NCBI GenBank assembly: GCA_951406725.2
Contig: OX597817.1
Coordinates: forward strand, 11,532,001 to 11,596,000
Origin: Octopus vulgaris
Lineage: Eukaryota
Direction: 5' to 3'
Length of the DNA stretch: 64,000 nt
Shown here: piece by piece, positions 25,992-39,918 of the stretch
Numbering within the stretch: the first letter of the stretch is position 1
Layout: each line of letters opens with the position of its first letter
Notes under the pieces: model-generated
Told to the model about the DNA's origin: nothing
What the model saw: the letters and a program-made list of their open reading frames with translations, nothing else
Database searches by the model: none
Program-made: the position numbers and the translations under genes

Positions 25992-26361
25992 CACATACAT
26001 AACAAGAAAAGCAAAACAAAATATATAGAATATAACTTAGAACAGCATATGTCACTCTGTGTACGAGCATAAATGTGTGGTGTTCTCGGGAGTGTGTCTG
26101 TGAGTTTGAATACACATGTATGTGTGTGTTCGTAGGAGTGAGCGGTTGTGTTAAATCGAAACATGAGCAGAAAAGCACAAAGAAAAACATAAACATACAA
26201 ACAGCAGACAGAATTAATGAAACCAGGCGGGAATATATTACACATATACATAGAGTGTTTGTGGATGCTTATATACATATACATACATGCACATACACAC
26301 ACACACATATATATATATGTATACTATATACACACACACATATATATATGTATACATATAC

Positions 26362-26413
<52 letters not shown>

Positions 26414-26418
26414 GTGTA

Positions 26419-26452
<34 letters not shown>

Positions 26453-26483
26453 CATACATATATATGTATGTATACATATATAC

Positions 26484-26537
<54 letters not shown>

Positions 26538-26619
26538 ATACATACATAAGCATGTATGTATACATATATACATATATATATATGTGTATATATATGTATA
26601 TATATAATTATAAATGATG

Positions 26620-26666
<47 letters not shown>

Positions 26667-27349
26667 ATGTATGTATATATATTATTTTCGATACATGTAA
26701 TATTGATATATGTATATATTTTCGGTAAAAGAAGCTGTCCAATACCAAGGATAAAATAATAAATATTACACAGAACAAAAACTTAAATCACTAGTTTGCA
26801 ATAATAATGGCGTCAGTAGCTTGGTGTAAGAATGATAGTACGTTAACAAACCAATACCTTCAGCCATTTTGTTTCCTAAACCTAATGTTTTCAGCAAGTA
26901 TTTGAGATTCTTATATGTTTAATTGAAATTCATCATTCTTGGCCACAATGGAATTATTTTCGAGATGAAAACTACGTTGAGTAATTGCAGTAGAATATGT
27001 AAGTGACTAACTGGTAATGTCGTCAACACAGAAGATATATAATAATCATAATTGTAAGAATTAAATATGTGGAACTAGGCCACACATTAGTTGATGAAAT
27101 TCAATCGACCTTGGCATCTTGAAATAAAATCAGTAGGACAAATAACTAAATACTGTAAGTTTTTGTTTTCTTCAGCGACGAATCTTGACAACAACATCAA
27201 TGAAAATAACAACAATAACGATGAAGATATTGATGATAATGATTATGATAATGAAGACGATGATGATGATGGCGGTGGTGGTGGTGTTAGTGGTGATGGT
27301 GGGTGGTAGTGATGCTAATGCTGCTGCTGATAATGATGATGACGATGAT

Positions 27350-27632
27350 GATCTAATACCATATCATAACAGAGTGGATACCAAAGAAATTGATATAACT
27401 GAGAAATAACTGGATTTAGCCTGAGAGGTGAAAAGATAGACCGATAGTAATTGGTGTACTTGGCACAATATCCAAATTGCGCCTAAGTGATTGAAAGAAA
27501 TAGGAATTAAGACCCATTATGTAGAAAAGTGCGAACCTGTGTTCAGCAAGAAACCTAAAAGAAAGGTCTTGAGATTTCAAGGGGCGTGTTGTTACCATAT
27601 TTATGATAACATCTCTGCTAAATAAATTAGCA

Positions 27633-27634
<2 letters not shown>
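27350..27634 (+). mobile_element. R4/Dong-like RLE LINE 3' relic
   Basis: Degenerate translation IPYHNRVDTKEIDITEK*LDLA*EVKR / PIVIGVLGTISK / SARNL-RKVL, followed by (AAT)n. Confidence 0.65.
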
Positions 27635-27667
<33 letters not shown>

Positions 27668-27669
27668 TG

Positions 27670-27726
<57 letters not shown>

Positions 27727-27730
27727 TTAA

Positions 27731-28273
27731 ATGCCCTGTTGCACTACTAGGGAGTGGCTCTTATGGCTTCTCATCTTAACTGGTTGGAAGTGTTATCATG
27801 TACATTGTTTTATCTTGGTATAAAAGATTGGTTACAGCAAATATTCCGCTCAATACCACATATTTGCTTGTCATTTGTTTGACCTTAACCAGTTGAGCAT
27901 GTCCCATAGTCGCTGACGATATGGGTGTCTAAGATCACGAGCAGAAGTAGTGGGGGTGCATCTGTTATGTGTTGCGAGGAATTCTTTTGGATTTCGATAG
28001 TTCATCTCTGGAAATATGGGTATTTCAGTTCAACATCCTTAAACAACCCTTATTCAGGGACCTTTTGAGCGGGATGGGCTACTCGATCTGAAGAAAATTC
28101 TAACTGCAAGGTCATGGACTGTTTACCTTGATATGAGATCACCATGTGGCACACATTTGGTTGTGATGCATGTGCCTGGTGTACCCTTATCAGACGGGTA
28201 GTCATGACGGGTATACTGGGCTTCGTATATTTTACCCTAGTCTCACTTTGATGGCATACACTGCTCTCTCACT
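27731..28273 (+). mobile_element. Dispersed repeat E (about 540 bp, ends TGCTCTCTCACT-(AAT)n; retroposon-like)
   Basis: Homologous to 28501-28951 and 45121-45323; flanked by (AAT)n on both sides. Confidence 0.8.
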
Positions 28274-28274
28274 A

Positions 28275-28334
<60 letters not shown>

Positions 28335-28337
<3 letters not shown>

Positions 28338-28446
28338 CACTTTCCATACAATAACCATCAGAGCATCACAACAAATCACAGCACATACCCAAGGCACACA
28401 GAGCTGCGCTCGGTAGTGAAGTGAAAGCATAATAATAATAAAACTA

Positions 28447-28450
<4 letters not shown>
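28335..28450 (+). mobile_element. Short 3' terminal fragment of an RLE LINE embedded in (AAT)n
   Basis: AACACTTTCCATACAATAA resembles the ORF end at 34570-34590; followed by a putative 3'UTR, with (AAT)n on both flanks. Confidence 0.5.
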
Positions 28451-28493
<43 letters not shown>

Positions 28494-28500
28494 TGATATA

Positions 28501-28951
28501 TCCCCTGACGCAATACCAGGCACTGGCTCTCGTGGCTTCTGATCTTTACTGATTGGAAGTGTCATCATGTACATTGTTTCGTCTTGGTATAAAAGATGGG
28601 CTACAGCAAATATTCTGCTCAGTACCACAGATTTGCTTGGCAGTTGTTTGACCTTAACCAGTTGAGTATGTCCCTTCGTGGCCGAAGATATCTGCATATC
28701 TGGTCATGAGCAGAAGTAGTGGGGGAACATCATAGTTATATGTTGAGAGGAGTTCTTTGAGGTTTGAATAATTCACCTCTGGAAGGTCACGCGTTGTTTG
28801 CCTTTACACGAGATCACCATGTCGTGCACATATAGTTTTGAGGCATGTGCCTAGTGTATCCTTATGAGACGAGTAGTTATGATGGATATACCGAGTTTTG
28901 TATATTTTCCTCCCAGTGTCACTTTGATAGCATGTTCTGCTCTCTCACTCA
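28501..28951 (+). mobile_element. Dispersed repeat E, internally deleted copy
   Basis: TGGCTCTCGTGGCTTCTGATCTT...CCAGTGTCACTTTGATAGCATG..CTGCTCTCTCACTC. Confidence 0.8.
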
Positions 28952-28955
28952 GTAA

Positions 28956-29140
28956 GCGAAATGCTTAGCTGTATTTTGTCAGTCTTTACGTTCTGACTTC
29001 AAATTCTGCCGAGGTCAACTTTGCCCTCCATCGTTTCGGGGTCGATAAATTAAGAACCAGTGAAATACTGGCGTCGATGTAATATTCATAACCCCTCTCC
29101 CAAAATTCCAGGCCTTGTGCCTTTAGTAGAAAGGATTATT
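28956..29140 (+). mobile_element. SINE B, 5' truncated
   Basis: GCCGAGGTCAACTTTGCCCTCCATCGTTTCGGGGTCGATAAATTAAG; tail GGCCTTGTGCCTTTAGTAGAAAGGATTATT. Confidence 0.85.
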
Positions 29141-29159
29141 CTTAATAATAATACTCCAC

Positions 29160-29530
29160 CTTTGCAAATTCAAACGGAAAGGAAAATATTACATGCGCAC
29201 CTAGATATCATCCTACTCACTAAAGAGGAAACTGTATTGCTTAATCGATGTTGCTTTTCCGTTTGCCACAAGACTTGTTGGCAAAACGTGAGAACTCTAA
29301 AAAATAGGGGGACCCTAATCTGCGAACTTCTAGATCATGGCATTGCAGTAAATTTATCTTTATTCCAGTTGTTATAGGAATAGCTGCAAGAAGTGTTAAT
29401 AGTTGTTGAATATTGGTATGAATTTCCTGGTTCTGCAGAAACGGTGTTTGCTTGCTTCAGCAAAGGCTCTAAGAAAAGTGCAAGACACCTGAGACAGGGG
29501 TATGCAGTTTGATATCTAGCAACCAAGTAC
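29160..29530 (+). mobile_element. R4/Dong-like RLE endonuclease relic
   Basis: Frameshifted LQIQTERKILHAHLDIILL / LLIDVAFPF / FIPVVIG / LQKRCLLASAKALRKVQDT*, resembling the RLE C-terminus; AAT-rich tail follows. Confidence 0.7.
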
Positions 29531-29601
29531 CAACAGCACAAAGAAATAAATAGATAGATAGATAAATAAATAAAAATAATAATAATAACAATAAGAATAG
29601 T

Positions 29602-29678
<77 letters not shown>

Positions 29679-30054
29679 TAATAAATAATTCCTGCCCAGG
29701 CTGAAAAACAACAATGTGGAAATATATATCTGCCTAAAATGTGAAATAAATCCGATAATATCTCCAAAACCAAAATTAACAAAAAGAAAAATCAAGAAAG
29801 TGATGTTATGAGGACCCGAGTAAGTACAACTGATACATTTTATGTATTGCATGTGATCATTACCCACATAATATATTGTTGTAATAATATACAACACATG
29901 TGTAAATGAGATGAGCATGTGGGACAAACAAAACACAGCGGATTGAACTTCTGGATATAAACAAAACAAAACGATCTCAGTAAGTACAACTGGTATTTAT
30001 TATATCATATGTGTTGCGTGCGATTAATAAACACACACAAACACACACACACAC

Positions 30055-30086
<32 letters not shown>

Positions 30087-31199
30087 GAGATATATATTGT
30101 ATAAATAACATACATACATACGGAAATAAGGAACGTGTGAACTCTCACAAGAAGCGAAATAAAATAAACTATTTCATAGCGAATAAGAGTTTTCACAGTA
30201 AAGAAGACAAGCCGAGACAGTTTTAAAACCCCCCACAAAGTAATTTTAATAAGAATGCCTATGGAAAAATCAGATAACAACAAAAAGATGATCCGCTGAT
30301 GTATGATGAATTTTGTCAATTGTGTTTATTGAGATCAAAATACGAAACTTTATATAACATGTTGATGAGAAGTGATGACTTCTGAAGCAGCTAACTTCAA
30401 ACAGGAAGGATTGTAGCATATAATTATCATGCAGAATAAATACACATTTAGAAAAGAACATTGGTTCTATACATATTGTGGTGGAGTGTTATGCTCCTAC
30501 CATAGAACAACAATATATCCAACACATATGATATGTATAAGAGTGACTAGTGAATGTTTGAGGAAAAGAAACGAAGTGAGGAAGAACAGAAATACAAATA
30601 CAATGGCGAATGGATACAGATTTATAATAAACAATAAGATCTCAAAAATTGAAATAGAACTTATAAAAAAATAAGCACCTGAAACAAAATAAAACAATGA
30701 TATTTTCTAAGTGATAGCCCTTGTTTGGAGTTAACCTTTTAACCTTTTGAAAGGTCAACGCTTTACAACAAGGAATTACATTATTTTCGTATCGTAATCT
30801 TTGAAACGCACGTTACGAAATCCATTATACTTCGATGCACCGTCTTTCTCTAGTGCACTGATTTATCAACTGACATTCTTTTTAAATAGCTTTGGAGTTT
30901 TTCGTTTTGTTTTCTTTATAAAGAAAAGTTTGTTTTGTTTTATTTGTATTTGAAAGAGTTCATTTTGTTTACTTTTGTTTCTTCTGGGTGTACCTTATAC
31001 TACACATAAAACACGATCTACCACAAAACAATCGAAGTATCACAACAAATCCGACACATTCAAAATACATAAGATTCTACGTAAGAAAAGACGGCTATAC
31101 ATACAGTAAATGAGTACTCAACGAAAAATACTACAGAACTCTCAGTAGAAAACTATAAGGAAAAAACAGTTAAGTTATTACAGTAACTAAAAAACAGAT

Positions 31200-34100
31200 A
31201 TAGAGGAAAAAGAACTAAAATCTAAAATGATGATGAAAACCATACAAATCCCCTTGGAAACATTTAACCGAACACAGGGTCACAACAGAGTATACCCTCC
31301 ACCTCAGACTTAACAACAACAATAATAAAGACACACATCAGAAGAGATTATTCAGCATAGACATTGAAGGGAACTAACAGACGCGATGGGGAAAATGAAA
31401 GAAAAAAATAAAGATGAATTGATGAATATTGATTCTATGTAAATACCAACGTAAATACAAGCGACACATGAACAAGCAACCACTCGAAAGAATAATTAAA
31501 AGTAACAAGAGCGCAGAAACAAACTACACGAATGCCAACAGACTGTGTGATCTAATCTATACCGTGGCAGTGACAGCATCGAGAGGAGACAGGACCTGAT
31601 CCTAATAGAACCAGACATTGTTTCTCCTCTCCATAATATAGTAAGAACCCTCTAATATTCTACTTCCATTAAAATGACAACAAAAATATACGGCATAATA
31701 GTTTTGAAAGTTCTGTTTGTTAACGAAATGCAAACTGAGAATTCTCATATAAAAAGTGAAAAAAGAAAGAAGCGAAATAAAAAAAAATGTATATGAATAA
31801 GAAAGATGATACACTAAAAGCAAAATAAAAGCTTAAGTAAATCATACCAGCAAAACATGCTTGATAAATTGCTTTACCAGGTAAATAGGGCACTTTCATC
31901 AAATACCAAAAGATTTTCAGTGACATTTAATGTAAAAACAAACTCATCTCAAGAGAAAACACCAGCAGATACAGATAGAGAAATTGAACTTGAAAAGAAT
32001 ATTGAAGAAAAACATTCAGCTCAATTGATCGAGAGGAAAGAGGTGAAAATATATTAGCACCTCTAGAATGGCCTATCAAAGCTGGTAATGGGGCTTAACG
32101 AAATAGTAAGTAATGCAAGCAACCGCAATTTCATTGGGTTTGAAAAGGTGCCCAATTTCTCGCTGAAGGACTTGAATAATACCGATGCATTCTATGAATT
32201 GATAATGAGGTCAGGACCAGCACCCGAATGGCTTGAGAAGGGGTGTGGTGGTAAAAAGCATTAATTCCTCCAAAACAAAATTATAGAAAACGTATTTGCC
32301 ACAACATAACAACATACAAGACCCTTATATTCAATGCTTACAAAGGGTTGATTTTTTAATAGGAACAATTCTACTAGAAACCAGAGATATTATACATATA
32401 CAAATCTTGACAGGAAAAATATAAGACTTGTAAAGAGTAACTTATTGTAAACCGAAGATAGCAACAAAGGGAAAATAAGTATTGGCATGGTCTGGATTTA
32501 TTACGAAAAAGGATACAATACTCTTCATTACTGGAGGCACTCCAAATAAATAAAGTAGCCTCGATAGTAGCCTCATTGCATCAACTATGCCATATCGAAA
32601 TGACATAGTTGAAATGGCATAAAGATATGAGCATGAAAAAATAAAACTGACCATATACCCATAAAAAGGTGTCTTTCATGGAGACTTATCTCTCTATACC
32701 CGTCTTGCTCTAGCTCCACTAACACAACAGTTAAATGAAATAATGAATGCTCCGAACAAGCAATGAAACATCTCCTCTATGAGAATGGCTTCAAAATATA
32801 TACAAAGAGTAATATTACGTTGGAAACCCTATTAATTCTTCAGTCTGTATATAGGAACGGAAACAAAAGTGTTCCTATAAATAATGCACTTTAAAACTGA
32901 GAACATTAAATTAGATCAAGGCACTGAAACCAGAAAATGAGACATAGGCACCTATACAAATATTTCTGGGTAGAATAAATATTTGTATAGGTATATGAAC
33001 ACTCATTGTCCTAATCGTAAATTACATGTCAACATAAAGCAGATCATGCATGACTTGCGTCCTGCAGGGAGACGAATTGCATCCTACGCCTCCGTAGTAA
33101 ATCTGATATACATGGAAAATAAGTGTCTGGCACTCAAGGTGGATGTAGTGGATGCTGATATGCGTAAGGAACTACTACGAAATAACAGCAATGGAATACA
33201 ACAATAATTTGAAAGAAACAAAAGGAAATTTATTAATGTAAAAAGGAAATATGATAAAAAATATAACAAAACAAGAACATTTCTCTGTATATATGGAAAA
33301 TTATAAAGTGCAAGCTAGAAGCTATGTAAATCGGAAGACAATATATGTAGATAGGAACAACCTTAGAAATGTTTTTAAAAGCAAACCGATGTCAAATCGG
33401 TATCCAACAATGTACTGATGAATAAGGCGGAAAAAATGATGTTTCATAGCTGATATACAATACTCGGCGGAGAAGAAATAAGACAAAGTGAGATCCGATA
33501 ATGGTTCCAAAACTCTGGTATAAAAGTAGAAGCGGGTTTGATTTTATATGCAGAAACTAATGCCTAGCAACAAATAATAACGAAAATAATAGAAAAAACA
33601 AGTTCGGAAGATTGAAACATTTGACTACATCATTTTTAACCGCCCAGTATTTTTCATTTCCAAGTACTGGGCCATCCCAAAAATAATACGGTTTTTTTTT
33701 ATACGTCTTTATTTTTCAAAATTAAGATAAATAAAGTTCTTTTTAAATATAAAATGTACTCTCCTTCATTTTCTACAATGCAGTTCCTTCCATCTGGTAG
33801 ACTTGCAAGGCCCCTCTTCCAAAATCCACTTGTCCGTGGCGAAAAATACTCCGCCAGTACTGTTCTGAATTCGTCTACAGAATTCATATTTTTTCCGTTT
33901 AAATGATTTTGAAATAAGTAAGCTAAGAATAAATAAAAGGTAATAAGAATAAGAATAAGTAAAAGGTAAAATTAATACCTGCTTTTATAGCAAGTTGATG
34001 CAGGTAATTTATCGTGTCCCCCTCCAACTTTTATTTCATGCAATTGAAAAACCACATTATTTATGGGTTGACGCAATATAATCGCAGACACGACCGAGTC

Positions 34101-34590
34101 GGCAAATATGTTCACTGAGCAGTACACCGACACTTCAACGTAGAAATGAATGAGCGGTGTGAACACGAGACCAAAAACAGTAAAGGACAATGACTTGGGT
34201 CACGTTTCTGGAGCAAAATTATCCATATTTACATGGAGAAGAAGGTATGTCTCTGAGATATAATAATCAAGAACGGAAAAGGAAATGCCTATCTCTTGAT
34301 AGGAATCTTAATGTTTTCCAGACCAAAATATTTGCTCAAAAGGAGCGGGAAAAAACTATTAAAGTACTAAGATATTTTAATTAAAATAAATTGGATGCCG
34401 GGTATGAACGCCAACAGAGCACTTGTAATAACTAGAGAACGAGGTATGATAAGAGATAATTGGAGTACGGAGTAATGTATAATGCGTAGAAAAACTACAA
34501 ACCATACCTGGAGCTCTTCGTTGCATACTGTCTAAAAGGTGGCTGCTCGCTACAGCCAACATCCTGCACAAGACACTTTCAGTTCAATAG
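31200..34590 (+). mobile_element. Highly decayed R4/Dong-like LINE (RT to RLE), interrupted by a mariner fragment
   Basis: Ordered remnants: WIDYKKAFD-like (about 32480-32520), KRGIFQGDSLS-like (32661-32691), KHLLYENGFKIYTK (about 32767), YKYLG-like (about 32955), terminal LLATANILHKTLSVQ* (34543-34590). Boundaries approximate. Confidence 0.55.
33665..33920 (-). mobile_element. mariner transposon 3' fragment
   Basis: ORF 33699-33887 NSVDEFRTVLAEYFSPRTSGFWKRGLASLPDG..CIVENEGEYI is a mariner transposase C-terminus; TA plus TIR-like end at 33665. Confidence 0.8.
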
Positions 34591-34621
34591 CTCTGCTCAA
34601 GCAGTTATCTTTGTGCATACA

Positions 34622-34927
34622 ACGCAATGGCCTAGTGGTTAGGGCAGCGGACTTGCGGTCGTAGGATCGCGGTTTCGATATTCCCAGACCGGGCGTCGTG
34701 TGTGTTTATTGAGCGAAAACACCTAAAAGCTCCACGAGGCTCCGGCAGGGTGGGGGTGATCCCTGCTGTACTCCTTCACCACTCTTTCTCTCACTCTTTC
34801 TTCAGTTGGCCTGCTCGCTTAGCCAGCGGGGTGGCGTCACTCGAAGGCTAAAACAATACGAACGCATTGTGACCAGCGATGTGTAACAACATCTGATGGT
34901 CTGGTCGGTCACGTGATCACGTGATCA
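34622..34927 (+). mobile_element. SINE C
   Basis: Matches the reverse complement of 12141-12458, including the CACGTGAT-repeat tail. Confidence 0.92.
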
Positions 34928-35402
34928 CATCGCAATAATTAACCAATAAACTAATACATTTCTCGTACAGACATAAGCTCAATGGAGTCGCCACTAAAAG
35001 ACACAGCACTATACATACACGTAAGTGTCTGTGTACAGTCAGTAACCGAGAATATAATACCAACATTTCACACACCTCACATTCTACACAGTGTTTACCT
35101 GCTAATGTAACAAGTCACACAGCTCACAGTCTACGTAATCAACATCTGGCACTAGAATAAATAAAACTAGTCTCACAGCACTTACGAAACCCAAATACTA
35201 CTCTACAAAATAATATAACTTACAAGGTACATGCCGCGCATGACAAACAAAACATTAAAACAATATCAAAAACAATAAATCTAATGCAACGAAACAAAAT
35301 TAATGCGTTGATGTAGAGAAAACACGATTGTATATTCTCGATACTACCATCTCTGAGCCACCGAAGTACAGTGGAATCTCTCATAAAACAGTCTAAAGCA
35401 TG

Positions 35403-35432
35403 TTACTACTACTACTGCTTCTACTACTACTA

Positions 35433-35467
<35 letters not shown>

Positions 35468-35557
35468 ACAACTACAAGTACTGCTGCTGCTACGACTACT
35501 ACAACTACTACTACTAATAATAATAATGAGAAATAATAATAATAATAATAATAATAA

Positions 35558-35588
<31 letters not shown>

Positions 35589-35710
35589 AAGAAGAAGAAG
35601 AAGAAGGAGAAGGAGGAGGAGAAGAAGAAGAAGAAGAAGAAGAAGAAGAAGAAGAAGAAGAAGAAGAAGAAGAAGAAGAAGAAGAAGAAGAAGAAGAAGA
35701 AGAAGAAGAA
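35403..35710. repeat. Compound microsatellite (CTA)/(CTG)/(AAT)/(GAA)
   Basis: Direct reading. Confidence 0.95.
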
Positions 35711-35906
35711 TTTCTACTATATGCACAAGGTCTGAAATTTTGGGGAAGGGGTTAAGTTGATTACATCGACCCCAGTGTCCAACTGGCGGAATTTGAAGTC
35801 AGAACATAAAAGAAAGACGAAATATCGCTAAGCATTTCGCCCATGGCGCTAACGATTTTGTTAGATAGCAAATTTATTATTATCATTATTATTATAATTA
35901 TTATTA

Positions 35907-35987
<81 letters not shown>

Positions 35988-36084
35988 AGAATAAGAATAT
36001 TACTGTATTGTTTAGACGGCTGTAAACCACATTTAGGTCAATAGAAACGCAACGGACAGTGGAGATTTACGTAAACACGTGTAC
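35711..36084. repeat. Locally duplicated block, copy 1 (contains a deleted minus-strand SINE B)
   Basis: Near-identical to 42041-42399. Confidence 0.93.
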
Positions 36085-36780
36085 GATAACAACAAGAAAT
36101 TTATAACAAAATACCCTAATTGGGAGGAGTACCAACCAGGTGGGTAACCAAGGATCCAGACAACTCACGAATCTTGTGTCAACTCGACCGTCAAGAGCAC
36201 CACTTTCTAGTGCCCCTCTACCACGTGGTGTCTCTCTTCTAAATGTCCTATCTTAGAGTAAGCTATTATTTGGGTCATCCTCCCTACATTTACCCACCTT
36301 TCTTCAAATTTACTGGGTGGGGGTGGGGGTGGAATACACTTCCCTATCAATGCACACCTTCCTTTTCAAATTGGAAATTCTCTCTCATTTCCCGAAGCAA
36401 ACAGGAGTTTGAGGGTGGAGTCTTCGACTTGGCCTGAGCATGGACTCAAACTCAAATGAAATGAAAACAACAAAACAGTCGTAGAAGACCAAAACAAGGA
36501 AAGACGTATAACTAATACAGGATAATGTTGCGAACTTCTGATTAAATTACTTAACAGTGATACATAAGTTACCAGCAGACAAGGTTTAACATAATACTGA
36601 CAGAACCGTGAATAAACAGCTCAATCCCATAGAATAAAGAAACAATAATACTAAAATTCACAGCTCCATAACCTGATTTCCCGGTCTGACAAGTCTTAAT
36701 TGCAATAATATTGCAGAGAAAAATAAACATCTAAAAAAGACACCGATATAAGGAAAGGTACTTTTGGAGATGGAACGTAT

Positions 36781-37277
36781 ATAGTTAGTTAGTTAGTTAA
36801 TTTTTTGGCTCAAACAGCAAAAAGCAAGGCCATGTAGGGGGACATGGAGTTATGTACAGGGTGGTGTTCATGTAAAGAGTTCGGGCCACTTGTGGTCAAG
36901 GGAGACTTTGAACCGAGCGGTCGTCGGCATCTTCACCATCTCGTCCGGCAGCTTATTCCATGGATCCACAACCCGGACGGAGAAAGCCCCTCTACTTCGA
37001 TTGAGATGAAATCGTCGCAGATAGAGCTTTTCGGAGTGACCCCGCAGCCGACGCTCTGGAGCAGGAGTGAAGAACAGCTCTTTCGAGAGGTTACACTTTC
37101 CGCTTATGATGTTGTGAGCAAGAATGAGATCACCACGGCGTCGTCGTTTTTCTAGAGAATAAAGGTCGAGCGTCTTCAGCCTTTCTTCATAAGACAAATT
37201 CTTGAGACCAAGAACCATGCGGGTAGCCAGCTTCTGGACTCTTTCGAGATGCTGTATGTCTTTGAGGAGATATAGTT
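36781..37277 (-). mobile_element. CR1-like LINE, 5'-truncated 3' end
   Basis: Open frame LERVQKLATRMVLGLKNLSYEERLKTLDLYSLEKRRRRGDLI...RGH..KL...FSVRVVDPWNKLP; short 3'UTR and (TAAC)n tail; possible TSD TATAGTT. Confidence 0.93.
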
Positions 37278-37689
37278 GTAAAAACGGGCAACTGATCAAT
37301 AAATCTTTAACTGAGGACAGTAGAAGGAGAAAGTTCTGGGTATGGCGTTAACTGATAACCACTAGCGTTTTGAATTTGTTCCCAAAGTGATACCTAAGAA
37401 TGGTAACACCAATAATGCATTTACGCATTGGACATGTCGTGAGTAAATTGCAAACAATTCTGCTGGTACAGCGCAGAATACTTTTGTTTGCCTGGCATAA
37501 TTAATTTTACTATTAAGTTAAAAAAGGTGAGCTCGGCTACATATTCATTTTTTGGTATGAAAGTCTTCTACCGCTAGGACATAGATTTACCAATGGAATT
37601 CATATAGAATGCAAAGATTAGAAAGACACGTCAAACCAACCACGAAGAGAGAAAGGTTAGGTACTTTGAAATCGATGTACTAGACAGAG

Positions 37690-38025
37690 AGGTGAGGGCG
37701 CGTGGCTTAGTGGTTAGGGCATTCGGCTCATGATCGTAAGGTTGTGAGTTCGATTCCCGGCGACGCATTGTGTCCTTGAGCAAGACACTTTATTTCACGT
37801 TGCTCCAGTCCACTCAGCTGGCAAAAATGAGTTGTACTTGTATTTCAAAGGGTCAGCCTTGTCACTCTCTGTGTCACGCTGATTGTCCCCGAGAACTACG
37901 TTAAGGGTACACGTGTCTGTGGAATGCTCAGCCATTTGCACGTTAATTTCACGAGCAAGCTGTTCCGTTGATCGTATCAGCTGGGACCCTCGTCGTCGCA
38001 ACCGGCGGAGTCTTTTTTTTTTTAA
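37690..38025 (+). mobile_element. tRNA-derived SINE family D, full length with TSD
   Basis: TGGCTTAGTGG A box, GAGTTCGATTCCC B box, GTGTCCTTGAGCAAGACACTT central domain, T-tail; TSD ACTAGACAGAG at 37679 and 38026. Confidence 0.92.
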
Positions 38026-38584
38026 ACTAGACAGAGCACAACACAAGTAAAAGAAAATGTTAGGAAAAACTATAGAGGCAACAGGTTAATACTTAAAAGA
38101 GAACTAAAGGGAAAAATATATATATATTTAAATAGTATGCATCAATATTCCAGCTGTTCTAGTAACAAGTTATGACTATTTTATTTTCTTCTTGATTCGC
38201 AGAAATTCCTGATCATTGGTTTTCGGAACGGAGATAAAAGTAATGTCATTCGTCATCTCTGACTGGTTATGCTTTGAAAAACCTTGTATATGTTTTTGCT
38301 GGCTCTGCTGTTTTCGTTTCCTGCTTCATAAATTATTTCGAGTACAAAGATTACAAATAGCAATGGCTTTATTTGGCATTGAAACTAGGTTATTCTTACA
38401 AATCCAGCTTTTTCTTTCTGTATCCTTGATGGGTACATGTTCAGAGGTCTTTCAGGTCTGAGAGCCACTAGGATTTGTCTTCCTGGCTATCCAATTCCTG
38501 CCCATATTGTATCACAGAGGTGAACATTATACAAACGATAACACCCTATCTAACTAGCACCTGGGGCAAGTATATTACTATTAC

Positions 38585-38880
38585 TCTAGGCCAGCTAAAG
38601 TCTTGTTAGTGGATATGGTAGAGGGGGACTGAACGAAGTTTTTTGTATGTGTATGTGTGTGTGTTTATCTGTGTGGGTGTGCGTATTTGTGTTTGTGCTT
38701 CCACCACCATCACCACTTGAGAACCAATTTTGACTGGTTTAGCAGTTCGGCATAAGAGGTCAATAGAATAAGTACCAGGCTTTAAAAAGCACTGGGATCG
38801 ATTTGTTATACTAAATTATTGTGTCCCACCATGGCCGTAATCCAATGACTGAGGCAAATAAAAGGTAAAAGATAAAAGAT
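38585..38880 (+). mobile_element. Old SINE A-related copy
   Basis: Degenerate GTGGAT.TGGTAGA..TG repeat..TTAGCAGTTCGGCA..TAGAATAAGTACCAGGC..CAATGACTGA..AAAAGATAAAAGAT. Confidence 0.65.
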
Positions 38881-39532
38881 ATTCCCAGAGAATATTAATT
38901 GTGGAAATATACACTCTTTTACTGCTCACATGAATATTATTATTCATATAATAAAACACATATCAATCGTAGTTTTCTTGATTTCCAAAGAGTTGGCCTG
39001 AGTTTGTTTCCTAAATTGGGAACTTAATTAAACATTCTAATTTATGCTTAAATTATTTACATTCATATTTATGATAACGCAATAAATGAATTATTATTTC
39101 AGAGGTCCCAACAAAAGTGAGACACTATAAAGCAGTTAAACCATTAGCTAATAAAATGTTTGCTAGGTCCTTTGAAATTACTTATTTGTACACCAAATGT
39201 GAAACTGAATATCTTGTTTGGATGACAGAGCAATAGCCAGATCTCAATTTTGTGAAATACGAAAAAAAAAAAAGAAGGTTAACAGAAAAGAAAGAAATGT
39301 GATGAAAATAATAAAATAGCATAATAAAATTCCAGTAGATTATTAAATTCTTTGTTGTATTAATCTGAGACAATAAAATTCCATCTTGAATGCGTATAAA
39401 AACCTATTATAAAATGTATATGTTGCCAATGCAATGTATTTTGTAAATTACAGCTTCAACATAAAGAATAGTACGAATAAATTCTTCATTATCCACTGTT
39501 AAATAGAAATGTTTATTATGAGTACTCTCTCT

Positions 39533-39918
39533 CTCTTTTACTTGTTTCAGTCATTTGACTGCGGCCATGCTGAAGCACCGCCTTTAGTCGAGCAAATCGA
39601 CCCCGGGACTTATTCTTTGTAAACCCAGTACTTATTCTATCGGTCTCTTTTGCTGAACCGCTAAGTGACGGGGACGTAAACACACCAGTATCGGTTGTCA
39701 AGCAATGCTAGGGGGACAAACACAGACACACACACACATACATATATATACATATATACGACAGGCTTCTTTCAGTTTCCGTCTACCAAATCCACTCACA
39801 AGGCATTGGTCGGCCCGGGGCTATAGCAGAAGACACTTGCCCATGATGCCACGCAGTGGGACTGAACCCGGAACCATGTGGTTGGTTAGCAAGCTACTTA
39901 CCACACAGCCACTCCTGC
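39533..39918 (-). mobile_element. SINE A, full length
   Basis: Near-identical to 7810-8233. Confidence 0.92.

Larger units (their letters stand above)
36450..38180 (+). mobile_element. Possible second decayed RLE-type LINE hosting younger insertions
   Basis: Weak remnants IPKNGNTNN (about 37390) and KENVRKNYRGNRLILKRELKGKN (about 38050-38118). Confidence 0.35.

Noticed and set aside
34622-34700. tRNA genes at SINE heads (also 12390-12458 and 37694-37765)
   Set aside because: A/B boxes run into SINE bodies and tails, two of them with TSDs; no complete cloverleaf.
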